Positions 55,241-64,000 of a stretch of 64,000 nt of DNA are shown here, piece by piece; the stretch's first letter is position 1, and each line of letters starts with the position of its first letter. The position numbers were made by a program, and so were the translations under genes. The stretch comes from Schmidtea nova (taxonomy: Eukaryota), in assembly GCA_044892505.1 (NCBI GenBank), contig CM097883.1, positions 163,928,001 to 163,992,000 of the forward strand. The letters are read 5' to 3'. The notes beneath the pieces were generated by a model. The model made no database searches. It worked only from the letters and a program-made list of their open reading frames with translations, and was not told the DNA's origin.

Positions 55241-55495
55241 TTAAAATATTATCTTTTAAACGAAAATATCTATGTAAAATATTTTATTATATGTTATTCG
55301 TTTCTGAATTCTAATTTATTTAATTAACACTTAACATACCGTATATACTGCGTATAAGCCGACCCGCATATAAGCCAAACCACCAAAGTTTGGTTGAAAA
55401 AAAGTCCAAAATAGATGACCCGCGTTAAGCCGATCTATTAAAAATGAAATCTTGGGTAATATTTAATTTATTTCGAATTATGCAATTGACTTAGA

Positions 55496-55543
<48 letters not shown>

Positions 55544-56123
55544 GCTACACTCTGTCGGTCCGTTTTCATAAATATTTAATTTTATATAAATTCAAAAGAA
55601 TGAAATTGTTAGTTCACTGGCTTTATTTACAATTATATATTAATAAATGAAAATCGGTCTGCATTTAATTATGGGGTATAAAAATAAATATTTAATTTAA
55701 AGAAATAAAAGAAATAAAATAATAAAAATAATACAATAAACAGATTAACGGATTAATTTAAAGGAAATTATATTAATTAATATTTTAAATCAATTAGAAT
55801 TAAATTAAATTAAATATTTATTTTAAAACTGCATTAGTAAAAATAAACCGTTGAATCATTTAGACTTTATATTTATATTTTATTCATCTATTTTTGTCTA
55901 TACTTTATAATAGCAATTTGTGTAAACAGTCGATATTAACTTTGAAATTTCGCGTATTTATAATAATAATTTAATTTTCACATCGTAATTTAGTTGATTT
56001 ATTTTTGTTATTTTAATTAATAAAAGTTTACTAACTTCATCAAATTGTTAAAGATAGAAAAAGATAACAACATTATCAATTTTAAATAATAAAATTAGTA
56101 AATAAGCAAATCTTATTGTTTAA

Positions 56124-56338
56124 CTCTCCCTTTATATTTGAGGTCAAAATTGTCCCAGGCCGAATTTAGATTAAAATAATTAAAAGACTTGTTGATAGAT
56201 TGAGCTGACATTCGTTGACTTTTTAAATGCACATTCAAAGAGTAAAATAATGGTCTTTTTGAAAGTTGTTATACATTCAACATCTTTTAATTGCTATTCT
56301 TTCTAAATTTTGATTTTTTATTTGATATAAAGGAAGAG
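56124..56338. mobile_element. piggyBac-like MITE
   Basis: 14-bp TIR ctctccctttatat / atataaaggaagag (1 mismatch) with TTAA on both sides. Confidence 0.75.
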
Positions 56339-57814
56339 TTAAACTAAAAGTAAAATACATAAATATAAATTATATGGAATATATTAATTATCATTAAAAA
56401 TTTTATTTTCCTTATTAATTTTCATTTTTTTTTAATTTAATTTTTATTTTCTAAAAATATCAAAAGAAAATTATTCAACACAAACTTTTTTATCTTCAAT
56501 AAGTATATATGTTTATTATTATTCATGCTTCGTGTTGAGGCAGACAAAAAAGGATTTTTGAATGTTGTTAAGAGTTGATAACATCTATCTACGTCTACGT
56601 AAAATATTTAGGTATTACTTTAGTAGTGAAATTCGACCGTTCGTACAGAACGTACTCTATTGTTCTGCTGAAACGTTACCGAACGCGTACTTAATTTTTT
56701 TGTTAAATTAATAAATAACGTTAGTTTTCTTTTCTCCTTAAAAGTCATTAGAAAATTTTTATTATAAATAACATTATAAAAGAAAAAATAAATGAAAAAG
56801 TTTAAACCTTTTCACGAAAATTTTTATTCAAATTTCTTTACAATAACCTACGATTATATATTAAATAAATTCCTGCAATGAATTTTGTATTTTTATCAAA
56901 GGTATTTACCTTTTTAAACATAAAATGCACAATATTATGAACTAGTCATATATGAAGTTGTAAATCTGTATCTAAATAGTTTTAATTTAATTAGCTCATT
57001 CAGCAGAATACTAAGGGGAATAACTTGTCAAATTCACTGTATTATATTCATAAAGTGCAATTTATTATTTATATTTCCAACAGAAAATATAAAATTATTT
57101 TATACCTTCAAAGAGCAAACTGTAAGAATAAAAACACTATAATATTTATCATTTTATTTTTTGTGCATGTTTTTTTGAATAGCGACAACACAAGAATAAA
57201 CAAATATTAACGGCTCATAATAAGTACGGAAGAGGAACGTACAATACGCGTACGATATTATTTTTAGTAAATCAAGTACCATACGTGTACGTTATCTTTT
57301 TCCCTAACTTACGGTCAAACTTTGCTTAAAAGTACATAGTTAGACAATTCTCGACAATATTTCGTTCTCGAAAAATCAAAAATATTTTTACTGTTGTCGA
57401 GAATTATATAATTTCTTTTAATCGGGTTACAACATATAACAAAGAAATAACAAAATATAAAAATATTAGCTAGTCAAAACATAGCAAAATAAGTATTCTT
57501 AAATTCATTAACCTCAGGCTTTTTGTTTTAGTCTTTTTTAAAAATTAAATAACTATATAAAAATGAAAATAAAATACTTTATTGAATAAATGTGTAGCGG
57601 GTGCCTTACCTATACTAAATGTACCGTATACACTTGCGNNNNNNNNNNNNNNNNNNNNNNNNNNNNNNNNNNNNNNNNNNNNNNNNNNNNNNNNNNNNNN
57701 NNNNNNNNNNNNNNNNNNNNNNNNNNNNNNNNNNNNNNNNNNNNNNNNNNNNNNNNNNNNNNNNNNNNNNNNNNNNNNNNNNNNNNNNNNNNNNNNNNNN
57801 NNNNNNNNNNNNNN

Positions 57815-57995
57815 ATGACTATAGATCAAATTTTTTTTATAAACAATAATACAATATTTCGGCACAGCCTTTATCAAGTGTGTACACACTTGATAAAGGC
57901 TGTGCCGAAATATTGTGTTATTGTTTATAAAAAAAATTTGATCTATAGTCATTATGAGAATTATTGATAATAATAATAAAAAAAGATCAAAGGTG
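57815..57995. repeat. Best-preserved hammerhead-like palindrome, centre gtgtgtacacac (no loop)
   Basis: Near-perfect reverse-complement arms centred at ~57883 (left arm cut by Ns after ~68 bp), bounded by N-runs. Confidence 0.9.
57886..57918 (+). ncRNA. Putative minimal type I hammerhead ribozyme (U3-A8 variant)
   Basis: ACAC (stem I), UUGAUAA (core 3-9), extra A, GGC ugu GCC (stem II), GAA, AUAU (palindromic helix III), U (cleavage nucleotide), GUGU (stem I). Activity is untested. Confidence 0.6.
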
Positions 57996-58469
57996 ANNNN
58001 NNNNNNNNNNNNNNNNNNNNNNNNNNNNNNNNNNNNNNNNNNNNNNNNNNNNNNNNNNNNNNNNNNNNNNNNNNNNNNNNNNNNNNNNNNNNNNNNNNNN
58101 NNNNNNNNNNNNNNNNNNNNNNNNNNNNNNNNNNNNNNNNNNNNNNNNNNNNNNNNNNNNNNNNNNNNNNNNNNNNNNNNNNNNNNNNNNNNNNNNNNNN
58201 NNNNNNNNNNNNNNNNNNNNNNNNNNNNNNNNNNNNNNNNNNNNNNNNNNNNNNNNNNNNNNNNNNNNNNNNNNNNNNNNNNNNNNNNNNNNNNNNNNNN
58301 NNNNNNNNNNNNNNNNNNNNNNNNNNNNNNNNNNNNNNNNNNNNNNNNNNNNNNNNNNNNNNNNNNNNNNNNNNNNNNNNNNNNNNNNNNNNNNNNNNTA
58401 TAGGAATTTGAAAATAAAACTTGATTGGAAAACAATTAGAAATTTACTAGAGAAATAACAAAGAGAAAC

Positions 58470-60216
58470 TGGTCGCGCCCGCTCTTAAAATATTTTAAAA
58501 TTAATAAAATAATAATTAAAATAATTAATCGGGTGCTTGATCGCTATGAGAGATTGTGGGGCGAGCCTGGAAGCCGTTAGACAGTCATATCGAAATCTAT
58601 ATAAAGCTTATATGATGCAAGTATTGATTTAACTCAATCTGAAGACGAAAATGTTCACGTGAAAAAGAAACGATCTGAATCATCACATGAAACTTATAAT
58701 CATAATCTAATTCAAATAAACAATGATATCTTTAAAGTTTTCTACTCCACCGAAGATCTTTGTGAACAATATCTCTCAATGCAACGGCAAATAAATCGCT
58801 AAGTCATTAAAACCCAATACTCGATAAATTGCCCAAAATGTCACATTCAATTTCTAAATTGTAACTACCTTTGGATAGTTCGGGAATTCTGCGTGGAGTT
58901 CAGCAGGTGGCGATTTCTCGGCGTGCGCACGCGGACGCGAGGGTCTTGGAATCGCTGTTTAAGTTGGAATTATGCGTGTAATTGTCTGTGTGCGCGTCTG
59001 TGATATGTGGTGATCAGATATTTGGGCTTTTGGTGTCGTTCTATGGGAGCTTGCTACATATGGGTTATCTCCTTACCCTGGAATAGAATTACATGATGTT
59101 TATCATATCTTAGAAAAAGGCTATCGAATGGATCGTCCTGAAGGATGTCCAGAAATAGTATATGGGATAATGCTCCAATGTTGGCAATGGGATCCATTAT
59201 TGAGACCATCATTTGCTCAATTGTACTCAAAACTATATTATATTTGTTTCTCTCAGAATGTCGATTGGTCATATCAATTCAACAACTCATTAAGCATGGA
59301 TAAAAGCCAATTTAAAACATCGAAGGAATCTTAATGAAAACGCGTTTCATCGCGTCTGTGTGCGCGGTGGTGTTATATCGATTCGTGTTTTCTTAGCATG
59401 CGCACACAGACGCGAGTAGTTCCAGGTTGGCTAAGAATAATTAATCCATGAATTGGAGTTTTTGGACTTTTAATTTTGCGAATGTATTTGTAATTTTTTT
59501 GGAGATTTGGAATTATGAATAAAAATCAAGATGTTTTAAATTTGTTTAATATGCATTACTTATGAATTCTTAAATTATTGAAATGTCATATCGCTCTCGA
59601 TTTAAAAATGTTGCCGATACTATGGAAGAAGAAGCTCGCAAATTACAAGCAAATGAAGAACCTGCAATCGTTTATCATCAGTTTATTGAAACTTTTGAAG
59701 AGCCACCGAAAGTTAATAAGACATGGGTTAAAGGTGCTGGTAAACTCTATCAGCTGTTAATGAAAAAGGTGGATTTGGAACTGATTAAGCATTTGATTGG
59801 CGAGGTAATGGTTTGGTGCTTGGGACATGCTGATTCAGCTGAGGATGTGTTGGATATCATTTTCACACAGATTGATAACACTGTTGGATATGCTACCGAT
59901 AAATCTGTTGAGAATTCCAATGCTGCTGGTCTCAATCAGATTGTTGTGTTCCTTTTCCTCGTTTCGGATATCCTTCACAATTCCTGCACTAGAGTGCGAA
60001 ACACGTCTTTTGATCGGAAATACATCGAAAACAGATTGCCTCAAATGATGGTATTTCTGAATCAATCTTGTCTAGCGATTGCTAGTGATATGTTTACCAA
60101 TCCCGATAGATATCCTTTGTCGGATAGTGAGGAGAATTTCAATTTGTCAATGATTAAATCTCGCGTTCTCAGTCCAAAAAATGAGGAAAGCAATCGGAGC
60201 TGGATGCGCCGATCCA
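58470..60216 (+). repeat. Inferred 5' LTR (~1747 bp, TG...CA)
   Basis: Starts TGGTCGCGC and ends GCGCCGATCCA (imperfect inverted termini) one base before the PBS. Only the first 598 bp can be verified against the 3' copy in this window. Confidence 0.65.
59014..59334 (+). pseudogene. ABL: Captured, uninterrupted Abl-like tyrosine kinase C-lobe fragment (subdomains IX-XI)
   Basis: [69 protein letters not shown] closely parallels c-Abl [37 protein letters not shown]..RPSFA. It is preceded by an in-frame TGA, and its start is repeated at ~63947-64000. Confidence 0.88.
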
Positions 60217-63200
60217 TTGGTAGCAGAGCGTGGTTCCCTTCGGGGGGCCACGCACGGCGGGTAAGCTTCTCGATTGCTTATAGCGGTCACAGCGCCGCAT
60301 GTTTTTCTAAAAATATTAAAAACTTAAAATTAATAATGAATTTAATGGGGGGATTTAGCGCTGTAATGGGCCCCAGCGACCATCCCCTTCCCTTAAGCTC
60401 AGTTGGGTCTGAGAACGAAAAGGATGGGTCACCTGAAAATACGTATTTGAAACAGGTTATTAAGCTTGATGGTAGCCGTAGTGATAAATCAAGCATGCCC
60501 TTTAGTGAGAAACTTAGGGATACTTATGATAATCCCACAAAACTTGTATGTGGTGAAAAGCAAACTTTAACTAAAGATTTTGATAAAACAAAAAATAAAA
60601 AAAGATCATTTGATGAATCAAATAGACAAAGGGATAAAATTGTGTCACCTGCTTATGAAGCAATATGTATAGGAAAAGATAACTCGAGATTTAAAGGTGT
60701 AGAGGTTAGTAGGTGGACCGGTTATATCAGGGGAGATTTTATATTGAATACCAACCGGGAAATGTTGCAACAAAATAGATTTTTGAAAGTATTCAGAAAA
60801 GAGTTAGGGGGAAAAGGTTTAGAACTTTTTGAGCGAACAATAGAATACAAAGTTAATTATAAAAAGTTTTATGTTCAAGTTGCTAAAAATATTAAAGTGG
60901 AAATGCATGAAGACAGTGTAAATGAAAATAAAATAGCGGAATGTTTGTGTTTTTATTCAATGCCAAGTGGTGATGCAAGTACAGGTTTAAAAGAGTATAG
61001 TCCGCGAATGAAAGAAAATAAAACGGAGTCAACTTTGCATTTGGGACCACGATTGAGAGGTGGTATACAGATGTTTGTGAGGACTTTATCAGGGAAAACT
61101 ATTACCCTGGAAGTTGAATCAAGTGACACAATCGAGAAAGTAAAAGCGAGAATACAAGACAAAGAAGGCATTCCACCTGACCAGCAAAAGTTGATCTTCG
61201 CCGGTAAACAACTGGAAGACGGACGAACATTATGTTATTATAATATGCAAGGGGAATCTACCTTGCATTTGGGGTTGAGACTACGAGGAGGTATGAAAAC
61301 CCAAGACAAACAGTTGCAGCTAAAGAATGGGATCGAGAAGCTCTGCGTTCAGAAGACGCATCTAACCAGACTATTCAGGAGAGCCTCAGAATACCTGTCG
61401 GAAGCGGATCGCGTGCAACGTCAAGAGGAATACGAAGAAGACTTTGATGAAGTGCTGGAGGACTGGAGCAGGCTGAAGAGCTTAGCAGAAGAGTTGGGAG
61501 ACCTGGAAGCTGTCAAACGCTTTGATCAGGAATTAGATGCTATTGAAGAGCAAAATGAACATTTAGGGAGATTAGAGAGAGACAAAAGCATAGTCGACAA
61601 AGCGAATTGCTACCCAGGAAAAAGAATGTTGGACAAAAGCATTGAAAGCCAAGAGAGAGACGTACCGTCAGAAAGAACAATTTCAGAAGTGAACAAGGTA
61701 AAAAATAGTTTGAAAGAGAAAAATGGGAATTTGATAAATGGAGAGAAATTTGAGGAAGTGCAGGAGGACTGGAGCAAGCTAAAGAGCTTAGCAGAAGAGT
61801 TGGGGGACCTGGAAGCTGCCAGACATTTTGAGCAAGAATTAGATGCTATTGAAAAGCAAAATGAACATTTAGTGAGGAAAATGGTAGAAACAAATCTTAA
61901 CGAAGGTTCACGGGTAGCCGCTATCCGAGGAATGTCAGGTGGAGGTTCAGTTGAAAGGATATTCAAGATGGACGAGAGCGGAGTCGACAAAGCAAATCGC
62001 TATCCAGAAAAAAGAAGGATGGACAAAAGCATTGAAAGCCAAGAGATAGAAGTATCGTCAGAAAGAACAATATCAGAATTGAACAAAGAAATAAATAGTT
62101 TGAAAGAGAAAAATGGGAATTTGATAAATGAAAAACTAAATGATAAAAATGAATTCGAAAATAGAAAAAATAAAATGGAATTGGAATTAGAAAAAGAAAG
62201 AAGCAGGACAATGTCGTTAAAATTGAGAGAAAAGGAGGTGGCCGATTTAGAGACGAAAATGAAGTCTTGCGAGGTTAATTATGAGAATTTATCGAAAAGC
62301 AAGAATGAAATTCAAAGTAAATTGGAATCTTTATTTGAAGAATATTCAAAATTATTTGACGAGCTGGCATTAGTTAAAACTCACAAGGGTGAGCTGGAAA
62401 CGAATTTGAGGAATTATGAAATCGAAACAAAACGCTCTCTTGCTGACAAGTCAGGTTTAATAACACAGCTTCAATTAAAAATAGAAGTTCTTCAAAAGAA
62501 AATAGAAACGATTGAATTAGATCGTAAAAAGGAAATTAATGAATCAGAAGTAAAATTAGCGAATTTGGCTGAAACTGTAGAAACGTTGTCCGCTGAGATA
62601 GAAAATGTAAATGATATTAATGTTAAATTGGCAGCTGTAAATCGAGAACTAGAAATAAAAATTGAACGAAATGAAATCGATTTAAATGAGCTTACTGCGA
62701 AAGGAAGGCATTTAGATGTGGAAATGAAAGAAAAGGAAAATGATTACCTAGAAAAACTTCGAGAGGCTAATGACGAAATCGTTTCTCAGCAAACCTTGGT
62801 GAAGGATTTGACGGAATTAAATGGTAATTTAATAATTAAACTAAATGACAGTCTGGGAATGATTGAAGATATTAAATTAAACTTAATGCCTTTAATGATA
62901 GAAAAGGATTTCTTGAAAATGGGACTTAGTACTAAAAAGGAGTTGGTTAAAGAAGTCTCAAGGAAATTGGAAACAAATATTGAAGAGGAAATTTATATTT
63001 CGAACAATATAATGAATATTGACGAAAAATTGGTCGAATCCAAAAGAGTTGAAGAATTAATTGAGAGCCAGTTGATTAAATTAGAAGTTAATGTAAAGGA
63101 AAATAGAACGAAATGGTGTATGCTGCATAGTTCGGTTGTGGGGATTGATGGGGAAATTACAAAGGTTTGGATATTGTTTTACACAGTTGCAAAATTCATA

Positions 63201-63374
63201 AATAAAGGCATCATGCAAGAGGCATGGATGCAAAGAATTGATTGGAAGGAAATACTTCCTCCAGAAATGATAAAGAAGATAAAGGTGGCGAGTCTTCCAC
63301 ATTCAGAATTAAAGGCGGACTCGTGGAGAGTTATTATTGGTCATGGAGAAAGAGAGAAGTGGATGAAGTGTTGA
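59583..63374 (+). CDS. 1263-aa chimeric ORF: U2SURP N-terminal and CID fragments, HSP90 middle-domain fragment, polyubiquitin piece, duplicated helical segment, long coiled coil, possible BEL/Pao pol-like tail
   Basis: [33 protein letters not shown] (U2SURP CID). [40 protein letters not shown] (HSP90, 60723-61022). Full ubiquitin at 61065-61292 bounded by RLRGG on both sides. No stop codons. Confidence 0.85.
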   Translation: MSYRSRFKNVADTMEEEARKLQANEEPAIVYHQFIETFEEPPKVNKTWVKGAGKLYQLLMKKVDLELIKHLIGEVMVWCLGHADSAEDVLDIIFTQIDNTVGYATDKSVENSNAAGLNQIVVFLFLVSDILHNSCTRVRNTSFDRKYIENRLPQMMVFLNQSCLAIASDMFTNPDRYPLSDSEENFNLSMIKSRVLSPKNEESNRSWMRRSIGSRAWFPSGGHARRVSFSIAYSGHSAACFSKNIKNLKLIMNLMGGFSAVMGPSDHPLPLSSVGSENEKDGSPENTYLKQVIKLDGSRSDKSSMPFSEKLRDTYDNPTKLVCGEKQTLTKDFDKTKNKKRSFDESNRQRDKIVSPAYEAICIGKDNSRFKGVEVSRWTGYIRGDFILNTNREMLQQNRFLKVFRKELGGKGLELFERTIEYKVNYKKFYVQVAKNIKVEMHEDSVNENKIAECLCFYSMPSGDASTGLKEYSPRMKENKTESTLHLGPRLRGGIQMFVRTLSGKTITLEVESSDTIEKVKARIQDKEGIPPDQQKLIFAGKQLEDGRTLCYYNMQGESTLHLGLRLRGGMKTQDKQLQLKNGIEKLCVQKTHLTRLFRRASEYLSEADRVQRQEEYEEDFDEVLEDWSRLKSLAEELGDLEAVKRFDQELDAIEEQNEHLGRLERDKSIVDKANCYPGKRMLDKSIESQERDVPSERTISEVNKVKNSLKEKNGNLINGEKFEEVQEDWSKLKSLAEELGDLEAARHFEQELDAIEKQNEHLVRKMVETNLNEGSRVAAIRGMSGGGSVERIFKMDESGVDKANRYPEKRRMDKSIESQEIEVSSERTISELNKEINSLKEKNGNLINEKLNDKNEFENRKNKMELELEKERSRTMSLKLREKEVADLETKMKSCEVNYENLSKSKNEIQSKLESLFEEYSKLFDELALVKTHKGELETNLRNYEIETKRSLADKSGLITQLQLKIEVLQKKIETIELDRKKEINESEVKLANLAETVETLSAEIENVNDINVKLAAVNRELEIKIERNEIDLNELTAKGRHLDVEMKEKENDYLEKLREANDEIVSQQTLVKDLTELNGNLIIKLNDSLGMIEDIKLNLMPLMIEKDFLKMGLSTKKELVKEVSRKLETNIEEEIYISNNIMNIDEKLVESKRVEELIESQLIKLEVNVKENRTKWCMLHSSVVGIDGEITKVWILFYTVAKFINKGIMQEAWMQRIDWKEILPPEMIKKIKVASLPHSELKADSWRVIIGHGEREKWMKC
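60218..60235 (+). other. Primer-binding site complementary to the 3' end of tRNA-iMet
   Basis: The first 11 nt TGGTAGCAGAG are the complement of the metazoan initiator tRNA end CUCUGCUACCA. Positioned directly after ..CCA-T. Confidence 0.8.
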
Positions 63375-63389
63375 TGTTGACAGAATGTC

Positions 63390-64000
63390 AAAGGGGGGAG
63401 AATGGTCGCGCCCGCTCTTAAAATATTTTAAAATTAATAAAATAATAATTAAAATAATTAATCGGGTGCTTGATCGCTATGAGAGATTGTGGGGCGAGCC
63501 TGGAAGCCGTTAGACAGTCATATCGAAATCTATATAAAGCTTATATGATGCAAGTATTGATTTAACTCAATCTGAAGACGAAAATGATCACGTGAAAAAG
63601 AAACGATCTGAATCATCACATGAAACTTATAATCATAATCTAATTCAAATAAACAATGATATCTTTAAAGTTTTCTACTCCACCGAAGATCTTTGTGAAC
63701 AATATCTCTCAATGCAACGGCAAATAAATCGCTAAGTCATTAAAACCCAATACTCGATAAATTGCCCAAAATGTCACATTCAATTTCTAAATTGTAACTA
63801 CCTTTGGATAGTTCGGGAATTCTGCGTGGAGTTCAGCAGGTGGCGATTTCTCGGCGTGCGCACGCGGACGCGAGGGTCTTGGAATCGCTGTTTAAGTTGG
63901 AATTATGCGTGTAATTGTCTGTGTGCGCGTCTGTGATATGTGGTGATCAGATATTTGGGCTTTTGGTGTCGTTCTATGGGAGCTTGCTACATATGGGTTA
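63390..64000 (+). repeat. Polypurine tract (63390-63402) and partial 3' LTR (63403-64000)
   Basis: The purine run ends immediately before the TG at which identity with 58470 begins. Confidence 0.88.

Larger units (their letters stand above)
58470..64000 (+). mobile_element. Non-autonomous LTR retroelement carrying captured host gene fragments (3' LTR runs off the window)
   Basis: 58470-59067 is repeated essentially identically at 63403-64000. PPT aaaggggggagaa lies at 63390-63402, and PBS TGGTAGCAGAGCGTGGTT at 60218-60235 follows ..CCA-T. No RT or integrase catalytic domain was seen. Confidence 0.85.

Noticed and set aside
55337-57320. Possible transposon ends (taccgtatatactgcgtataagcc at ~55337; gaccgt..acggtc with cgtac repeats at ~56636-57317)
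   Set aside because: Partner ends and TSDs could not be established with confidence.
27917-58435. Dozens of ORF-track entries made mostly of X
   Set aside because: They are artefacts of translating N-runs and carry no coding evidence.
59351-59420. GC hairpin as a Helitron 3' end explaining the gene capture
   Set aside because: It is followed by GTAG rather than CTRR, the loop is long (34 nt), and LTR signals explain the structure better.
60218-60290. tRNA-Met gene
   Set aside because: Only ~18 nt are complementary to the tRNA 3' end (including CCA) and there is no cloverleaf; it is a PBS.
59583-63374. A genuine host HSP90, polyubiquitin or U2SURP gene
   Set aside because: Each is only a partial, uninterrupted, diverged fragment lying within LTR, PBS and PPT signals.

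Overview
AT-rich eukaryotic DNA, probably animal (an Abl-type tyrosine kinase fragment, a metazoan tRNA-iMet-type PBS and predicted 43-44 nt GT-AG introns). It is almost entirely transposon-derived and contains many N-runs. There are three main systems. (1) A compact ~6.9 kb element (341-7205) is bounded by TAGTAGGAGG..GTC.GGTCTG termini and encodes only an intact Polinton-type protein-primed DNA polymerase B. Its N-terminus appears to be spliced on through three phase-1 introns, it carries a 144-bp subterminal array, and its left end is folded back into a palindrome. Two decayed relatives lie at 11.6-14.3 kb and 45.6-48.6 kb. (2) A non-autonomous LTR retroelement (58470 to the window end) has a ~1.75 kb LTR carrying an Abl kinase fragment. 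Its uninterrupted 1263-aa ORF is a mosaic of U2SURP, HSP90, polyubiquitin and coiled-coil pieces. (3) A family of near-perfect palindromes contains a minimal hammerhead-ribozyme-like motif with a U3-A8 covariant core, and one degenerate copy lies next to a Penelope-like RT remnant. The rest is a decayed Gypsy element, hAT, mariner and piggyBac remnants, MITEs, microsatellites and one probable host exon. All homology calls are by-eye motif recognition; no database searches were run.
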